A DNA stretch of 41,402 nucleotides, taken from NCBI GenBank assembly GCA_046595595.1, contig JBKJOK010000345.1:1-41402 (forward strand), read 5' to 3'. The stretch's first letter is position 1. Every line of letters starts with the position of its first letter. This document shows positions 35,663-41,402 of the stretch, piece after piece. The translations under genes and the position numbers were made by a program. The notes below the pieces were generated by a model. The model was given only the letters and a program-made list of their open reading frames with translations. It made no database searches and was not told the origin of the DNA. The stretch comes from Candidatus Limnocylindrales bacterium. Lineage in GTDB: Bacteria > Chloroflexota > Limnocylindria > Limnocylindrales > CSP1-4.

Positions 35663-36192
35663 CCGGCGACGGAACCCGACGAGGCTGCGCCCGGCTCGCG
35701 GTCGCCGGCCTCGATCCGTTCGAGCAGCGTCTCGAGAACGAGGATCACGCTGTCGTGCCGGTTCGCTGCCCGGTCTCCCGGCCAGACGACCCTCCGGACG
35801 TCGACGCCGGCGCCATCCGCGACCCCGACATAGGTCAGCCCGACCGGCTTGGCGTCCGAGCCGCCGTCCGGCCCGGCGACCCCGGTGACCGACGCGGCGA
35901 GGTCGGCCGAGAACAGCGCGCGCACACCGACGGCCATCGCCATGGCGACCTGGGCGCTGACCGCGCCGTGGGCGTCGAGGATCGCCGGATCCACGCCGAG
36001 GAGGTCGCGCTTTGCCTCATCGGCGTACGACACGACCCCGCCGACGAAGTACCCGCTCGAACCGGGCAACGCGGTCAGGGCGGCCGCGACCATCCCGCCC
36101 GTGCACGATTCCGCGAGGGCGACGGTCCGACCGGCGGCGAGGGCGGCCGCCTGGAGCCGGGTCGCGAGGTCATCGAGCGGATTGCCGCTCAT
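35659..36192 (-). CDS. cinA: CinA C-terminal domain / NMN deamidase (PncC)
   Basis: AESCTGG, PGSSGYF, HGAVS and SVTGVAGPDGG..KPVG motifs. Confidence 0.9.
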   Translation of the reverse strand: MSGNPLDDLATRLQAAALAAGRTVALAESCTGGMVAAALTALPGSSGYFVGGVVSYADEAKRDLLGVDPAILDAHGAVSAQVAMAMAVGVRALFSADLAASVTGVAGPDGGSDAKPVGLTYVGVADGAGVDVRRVVWPGDRAANRHDSVILVLETLLERIEAGDREPGAASSGSVAG

Positions 36193-36194
36193 CG

Positions 36195-37646
36195 CTACGA
36201 GCGGGTCGTCAGCGTCGGCCCGGCCGGCGGCTTGAACAGCCATGTCTCCGGGATGCCGCGTTTGCCGAGCGCCCCGAGTGCCTGGCCGTTCAGGGTGAAC
36301 TGGGTTGCACCGGACGATCCGGTTCGGACCTCGATCGACGAGTTGCCGGTGAACGTCAGGACCTGGCCGTCGCGGTACGTCTTGCCGGCTCGGCCGACCG
36401 TCGAGGCGATCTCACCGTCGACCCAGACCTTGATCCAGGCCGCCCCGCCCTTGACCGTGACGACCAGGTTCACGCCCTTGTACGCGACCGACACATGGCG
36501 GGTCAACGAGGCGGACTTCGAGGCATTCGAGGCCATCACGGTGATCGTCCAGCGACCGGTCGTGAGCTGGAGCGGGCTGTTCGCGGTGTCCCACGTCCCG
36601 TCGGCCGCGACCGGCAGGGTGATCGGGGCCGGGCCGGGTGAAGTGCTCGGCGGAGTCGATGCCGGCGGCGTGCTCGGGCCGGGCGCCCCGGCGGCGGGGC
36701 CGTCGTAGGTCGCGGTCACCTTGACCGAGGTCGCGTTGACCGCGCTGCCCTGGACGGGAATCGCGCCGTTCTCGAACGTCGTGCCCTCCGCCGGCTGGTC
36801 GATCCGGACCGTCGGCGCCTGGATCTCGCTGACGGGCACGGTGATCACGATCATTGCGGGCTGTTCGGCACGCTTGCCCGTCTCCGGATCGGTCGCGTCG
36901 ATCCGGTACTCGTTCTGGCCGCGCCGGAGGTCGACGGTCAGGCTCCACGTGCCGGTCGAATCGGCCGAGGCGGTCCGCGTCCCGCCGGCCATCTCGATGC
37001 TGATCGTCGCGCCCGGGATCGACGTTCCCTCGAGCGTGTACGACGTCGCGGTCTCCTCGAGCTGGACGGTCGCCTCGCGGGGCGACGTGATCGCGAGCGT
37101 CGGCGGCTTCGCGAAGCGCATGACCTGGGCGCCGAGCCACACGCCCATCCCGACGATCATCAGGGTCAGGAGGGCGGCGACGACGACCCCGGGCGAGAAC
37201 TGGAGACCGGGCCGCGGCTGGGCGAGCGGGCGAGGGACGGTCAGGACCGTCTTGCCGGCCGGGGCATCGCCGCGATCGCGCCGCCACTGGCCGACGACCT
37301 CCTCGGCGTCGAGTCCGAGGTAGTTCGCATAGTTGCGCAGGAAGCCCTTGGTGTAGACGTCGCCGGGCAGCTCCTTGTACTCGCCCCGTTCGAGGGCGGA
37401 CAGGTAGCGGGCCCGGATCTTCGTATCCCGCTCGGCCCGGTAGAGATCGACCCCCTTGCGCTCGCGCGCCGCGTACAGCCGCTCGGGCAGGGCCGGCTGT
37501 CGGCCGGCGGTCGGCGCCGCGTCAGCATCGCGCTCGACGGCTCGATCGGTCTCCGAGCGCCGCGTTTCCGGGCGTGGCGGCACCAGGCGCAGACCCTCGG
37601 CCCGTTGCTCATTGGTCGTTCGTCGCGCGTCGTCCCGCGTCGTCAT
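36195..37646 (-). CDS. rodZ: RodZ-like protein (HTH_25, TM helix, Ig-like repeats, C-terminal DUF4115-like domain)
   Basis: TKIRARYLSALERG..LPGDVYTKGFLRNYANYLGLD HTH, TM helix and AWIKVWVDG...VRTG...LNG. Downstream of ftsK. Confidence 0.82.
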   Translation of the reverse strand: MTTRDDARRTTNEQRAEGLRLVPPRPETRRSETDRAVERDADAAPTAGRQPALPERLYAARERKGVDLYRAERDTKIRARYLSALERGEYKELPGDVYTKGFLRNYANYLGLDAEEVVGQWRRDRGDAPAGKTVLTVPRPLAQPRPGLQFSPGVVVAALLTLMIVGMGVWLGAQVMRFAKPPTLAITSPREATVQLEETATSYTLEGTSIPGATISIEMAGGTRTASADSTGTWSLTVDLRRGQNEYRIDATDPETGKRAEQPAMIVITVPVSEIQAPTVRIDQPAEGTTFENGAIPVQGSAVNATSVKVTATYDGPAAGAPGPSTPPASTPPSTSPGPAPITLPVAADGTWDTANSPLQLTTGRWTITVMASNASKSASLTRHVSVAYKGVNLVVTVKGGAAWIKVWVDGEIASTVGRAGKTYRDGQVLTFTGNSSIEVRTGSSGATQFTLNGQALGALGKRGIPETWLFKPPAGPTLTTRS

Positions 37647-37704
37647 CGATCCCCGTCCTCACCGGCCACAACCGCGCGCGCGTCGGCAGCCGACCTGAAA
37701 GCAG

Positions 37705-37733
37705 AGGATACCCCTTCGCGGTCGTGGGTCCAG
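37705..37733 (-). promoter_or_regulatory. Putative promoter upstream of rodZ
   Basis: Minus strand CTGGAC, 17 nt spacer, TATCCT. Confidence 0.35.
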
Positions 37734-37755
37734 ATGATGCGCATGGGACGATCGT

Positions 37756-40167
37756 TCATTCGTCCGGTCCATCGCCCTCGTCGATCGTCCGGAGCCAGTT
37801 GTCGGGGCCGTAGATCTGGCGGGGCGAGGCGGGGTTGCGCGGATCCTGCGGCCCGATGATTCCGTAGCGCTCCATCTCGTCCATGACCCGGCTGGCCCGG
37901 GCGAACCCGAGCTTGAGCTTGGTCTGGAGCATGGACGTGCTCGCTCGCTGCAAGCCGGTCACGAGCTCGGCCGCCTGAACGGTCATCTCGTCCACGCCGT
38001 ATTTGCGCAGCCAGCCGAACTGACCGCCGTCGCCGCCGCCGGTGGCATCTTCCGGGTCGCCGAAGGCCAGGATGTCCTCATCGTAGAACGTCCGGCCACC
38101 GGTCTGGGCGAGCCAGTGCTTGGTGATCTCGCCGACCTCCCGGTCGCCGACGAAGACGCCCTGCATCCGGACCGGCCTGGGCAGGTCGACCGGCTGGTAG
38201 AGCATGTCGCCGCGGCCGATCAGGTCCTCGGCGCCGGGCGCGTCGAGGACCGTCCGCGAGTCGACCATCGAGGCCATCGCGAAGGCGATCCGGGACGGGA
38301 CGTTGGCCTTGATCAGGCCGGTGACCACGTTGACCGACGGGCGCTGGGTCGCGAGAACGAGGTGGATCCCGACGGCCCGCGCCTTCTGGGCGATCTTGAC
38401 GATCGGGTCCTCGACCTTGCGGCCCTCGCGCATGATCAGGTCGGCGAGCTCGTCGATGATCAGGACGATGTATGGCATCCGCTCCTCGTCGCCGTCGTCG
38501 GCCACGATCTCGGGCCGGGCGTTGTAGGCGGCGATGTTCCGGACGCTGTGGCCGGCCAGGATCTTGTAGCGCTCCTCCATTTCGCGGACCGCCCAGTTCA
38601 GGACGGCCTTCGCCTCGTTCGGCTCGACGATCACGTGCTGGAGGAGATGGGGCAGCCCGTCGTACGGGGCGAGCTCGACGCGCTTCAGGTCCACCAGGAT
38701 CATCCGGACGTCGTCGGGCCGGGCGCGCATCAGGATGCTGGTGATCAGGGCGTTGACGCACACGCTCTTGCCCGAGCCGGTGGCGCCCGCGACCAGAAGG
38801 TGGGGCATCTTGGCGAGGTCGACCGCGTAGGCCGCGCCCGAGACGTCCCGGCCGAGGGCGAACGTCAGCGGGCTCGTCGCGTCGAGCATCTTGCTCTCCT
38901 CGACCAGCGGCCGGAACCCGACCACCTCGCTGATCGCATTCGGGATCTCGATCCCGACCCGGTCCTTGCCCGGGATTGGCGCCTCGATCCGGATCGAGCG
39001 GGCCTTGAGGGCCATCGCGAGATCGTCGGCGACGGCCTCGATCCTGGCGACCTTGACGTGGTGCTGGGGCTTGACCTCGTACTGGGTCACGACCGGCCCG
39101 GAGTTCACGGCCACGACCTCGGCCGGGATCGCGAAGCTGAGCAGCTTCTCCTCGATCCGGCGGCTGTTCGACTCGTGGTCGATGCCCGCGCCGACGCGGG
39201 CGAGCGGTCGGGGATCGAGGAGCTCGATCGGGGGCAGGGTCCAGTCGATCGCCTGGAGCGACTCGAGGGCGGTCGCGGCGACCGCGCTGGCCGCGCCGCC
39301 GTCCGGACCGACCCCGCGGACGCGCCGGCTCGCTACCCCATCGCCGATCCCGGTCCAGACGGTCTGGCTCATCGGCGCCGGCGCGCTGCCGGTGGCCGGC
39401 TGGTCGAGGATGCTCGTCGCGCTGGCGGCGCCACCGCTCGGCTCCAGCCGCGACGGCGCGATCTGGCCCTTGCCGTTCTCGGCCGGCGCCCCAACCGCCG
39501 CCTTGCCGGCCCGCCCGGCCCGAGACGCGCCATCGGGGCCCGCTCCGGCGCTCGCTGGGTCGCGGCGCATCGAGGCGGCTGCGGTCGTGCCGAACCACCG
39601 GGCGGAGCCGGTCATCGGCCTCATCAGTTGCTTGAGTCGGAGGTTGAACGCGAGCATCAGCCCGATCGCGAAGATCGCGAGGCACAGGATGAACGCGCCG
39701 GGGCTCGTCAGCAGCGGCTCGAGGAACCCGGCCAGGAACCGGCCGATCCGGCCGCCCCCGCGATCGGTCCCGAACCAGTTCACATCGAGGATCTCGAACG
39801 CGCCGAGGAACCCGACGAACGCGACGGCGACGCCGCCGATCGTGGCCCCCCAGCCGGAGTTGGGATGCCGGCCCGGGCCCCACTCGAGGTACCAGCCGGC
39901 GCCGAGGAGCAGGAACGGCAGGAGCCAGCGCCCGGTCTCGAACCACGGCGCGATCGAATCGCGCCACCAGTCGGTCAGGGCGCCCTGGCCGGGCAACGCG
40001 AGGGCGATCAGGGTCACCGCCCCGAGGACGAGGAAGAAGATCCCGACGATCGACCGAGCCACCTCCGGCCCGACCGACGGGAACGCGATCCGGGGCAGCT
40101 TCGGGCCCGGGCTGGACTTGCGCCGCGTGCTCGCACGACGCGCCGGCGTCCGTCGCTTGTGGGTCAC
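37756..40167 (-). CDS. ftsK: DNA translocase FtsK/SpoIIIE
   Basis: N-terminal TM helices, MPHLLVAGATGSGKS, IIDELADL, ATQRPS, GAEDLIGRGDML and a C-terminal gamma domain. Confidence 0.97.
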   Translation of the reverse strand: MTHKRRTPARRASTRRKSSPGPKLPRIAFPSVGPEVARSIVGIFFLVLGAVTLIALALPGQGALTDWWRDSIAPWFETGRWLLPFLLLGAGWYLEWGPGRHPNSGWGATIGGVAVAFVGFLGAFEILDVNWFGTDRGGGRIGRFLAGFLEPLLTSPGAFILCLAIFAIGLMLAFNLRLKQLMRPMTGSARWFGTTAAASMRRDPASAGAGPDGASRAGRAGKAAVGAPAENGKGQIAPSRLEPSGGAASATSILDQPATGSAPAPMSQTVWTGIGDGVASRRVRGVGPDGGAASAVAATALESLQAIDWTLPPIELLDPRPLARVGAGIDHESNSRRIEEKLLSFAIPAEVVAVNSGPVVTQYEVKPQHHVKVARIEAVADDLAMALKARSIRIEAPIPGKDRVGIEIPNAISEVVGFRPLVEESKMLDATSPLTFALGRDVSGAAYAVDLAKMPHLLVAGATGSGKSVCVNALITSILMRARPDDVRMILVDLKRVELAPYDGLPHLLQHVIVEPNEAKAVLNWAVREMEERYKILAGHSVRNIAAYNARPEIVADDGDEERMPYIVLIIDELADLIMREGRKVEDPIVKIAQKARAVGIHLVLATQRPSVNVVTGLIKANVPSRIAFAMASMVDSRTVLDAPGAEDLIGRGDMLYQPVDLPRPVRMQGVFVGDREVGEITKHWLAQTGGRTFYDEDILAFGDPEDATGGGDGGQFGWLRKYGVDEMTVQAAELVTGLQRASTSMLQTKLKLGFARASRVMDEMERYGIIGPQDPRNPASPRQIYGPDNWLRTIDEGDGPDE

Positions 40168-40168
40168 C

Positions 40169-41402
40169 CTAGACCTCGACCACGACCGGGAAGACCATCG
40201 GCCGGCGCTTCGTCTGTTCGTACAGGAAGCGCGACACGCCGTCCTTGATCTGGCTCTTCAGGAGGGCGATCTCGCTGATGTGGTTGCCCGGGTTGGCGAT
40301 CGCCTTCAGGATCCGTTCGATCGCCTCGTCCATCATCGGGTCCTTCTCGTTCTGGTGAACGAAGCCGCGGGTGATGATCTCGGGCCGTCCGACGACGTTG
40401 CCGGTCTGCTTGTCGATCGTGACCACGACCATGAACATCCCGTCGTTGGCAAGCGACTTGCGGTCGCGCAGGACGACCTCGCCGACCTCGCCGACCGACA
40501 GCCCGTCGACGTAGACGTAGCCGGCCGGGACGGAGGTGCCGCGTCGGGCGACGCCGTCGGTGTCGATCTCGATCGGCTGGCCGTTCTCGATGATGAAGAC
40601 GTTCTCCGGGGCGACGCCCGTCTCGATCGCGAGGCGGCCGTGCTGGACCTGCATCCGGAACTCGCCGTGCATCGGAATGAAGTACCTGGGCTTGGTCAGC
40701 CCGAGCATGAGCTTCAGCTCTTCCTGGCTGGCATGGCCCGACACGTGGGCCCGCTTGATCGTGTGGTAGAAGACGTTCGCGCCGGCCTTGAACAGGTTGT
40801 CGATCGTCCGGCTGACGTACTCCTCGTTGCCGGGTATCGGGCTGGCGCTGACGATCACGGTGTCCCCGGGCTGGATCTCGACGAAGCGATGGTCGCGGTT
40901 GGCCATCCGGGCGAGACCGGCCATCGGCTCGCCCTGGGCGCCGGTCGTGCAGATCACGAGCTTGTCGGCCGGGACCTCGTTGAGCTTGTCCTTGGCCACG
41001 ATCATCGACGGGTCGTAATTCAGGTAGCCGAGGTCGGTCGCGATCCGGAAGTTCTGCTCCATCGACCGGCCGATGACGACGGTCTTGCGCTTGAAGGCGG
41101 CGGCCGCGTCGAGAACCTGCTGGACACGGGCGATGTTGCTGGCGAAGGTCGCGACGATGACCCGCCCCTGGAGCGGCTCCATGATCTCGCGGAAGGCCTC
41201 GCCGACGGTCCGCTCCGAGGGCGTGTAGCCGGGATTCTCGGCCCGGGTCGAGTCGGACAAGAGGCAGACGACGCCCTCGGCGCCAAGCTTGGCGAGGATC
41301 GCGAAGTCGGACAGCTTGCCGTCGACCGGGGTGTGGTCGAACTTGAAGTCGCCGGTGTGGACGATGACGCCGGCCGGGGTCCGCAGGGCGATGCCCATCG
41401 CG
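40169..41402 (-). CDS. rnj: Ribonuclease J (5' part outside the window)
   Basis: HTGDFKFD, LSDST, FASNIAR, TGAQGEP, HVSGH, PMHGE and TKRRPMV motifs. Confidence 0.96.
   Translation of the reverse strand, partial: AMGIALRTPAGVIVHTGDFKFDHTPVDGKLSDFAILAKLGAEGVVCLLSDSTRAENPGYTPSERTVGEAFREIMEPLQGRVIVATFASNIARVQQVLDAAAAFKRKTVVIGRSMEQNFRIATDLGYLNYDPSMIVAKDKLNEVPADKLVICTTGAQGEPMAGLARMANRDHRFVEIQPGDTVIVSASPIPGNEEYVSRTIDNLFKAGANVFYHTIKRAHVSGHASQEELKLMLGLTKPRYFIPMHGEFRMQVQHGRLAIETGVAPENVFIIENGQPIEIDTDGVARRGTSVPAGYVYVDGLSVGEVGEVVLRDRKSLANDGMFMVVVTIDKQTGNVVGRPEIITRGFVHQNEKDPMMDEAIERILKAIANPGNHISEIALLKSQIKDGVSRFLYEQTKRRPMVFPVVVEV

Noticed and set aside
37682-37694. Palindrome GTCGGC-A-GCCGAC in the rodZ leader
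   Set aside because: Only 6-bp arms in very GC-rich DNA; expected by chance.

Overview
Very GC-rich (about 70% or more by eye) bacterial chromosome segment. Gene content and order suggest a monoderm such as Chloroflexota (Limnocylindria-like); this is inference only. Left to right: (1) a CopRS/BaeSR-like two-component system divergent from a SHOCT / unusual cupredoxin / CcdA-like operon; (2) an AAC(2')-I-like acetyltransferase that appears to have lost its stop codon, and a membrane protein; (3) a complete divergent L-rhamnose locus (rhaI-rhaEW-rhaB-lutABC versus DeoR regulator-ABC transporter-rhaM), with an operator-like inverted repeat and a long structured rhaI leader carrying an anti-SD in its loop; (4) an accessory patch with GNAT, AlkZ-like glycosylase, SDR, DsbA-VKOR flanked by two gene remnants, Gfo/Idh/MocA, PLP dehydratase, LLM oxidoreductase and small orphans; (5) a three-gene operon encoding a split PEP-synthase-like (phenylphosphate synthase / rifampin phosphotransferase architecture) dikinase plus an MFS transporter, the best candidate for an undescribed system; (6) a core cluster rnj-ftsK-rodZ-cinA-murC-yajQ followed by a micro-protein, a ThDP enzyme and DUF952. 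Many stand-alone genes look leaderless (TAnnnT 6-7 nt before the start codon). No rRNA, tRNA, CRISPR array, integrase or transposase was seen. Several starts were re-assigned by hand from the ORF track.
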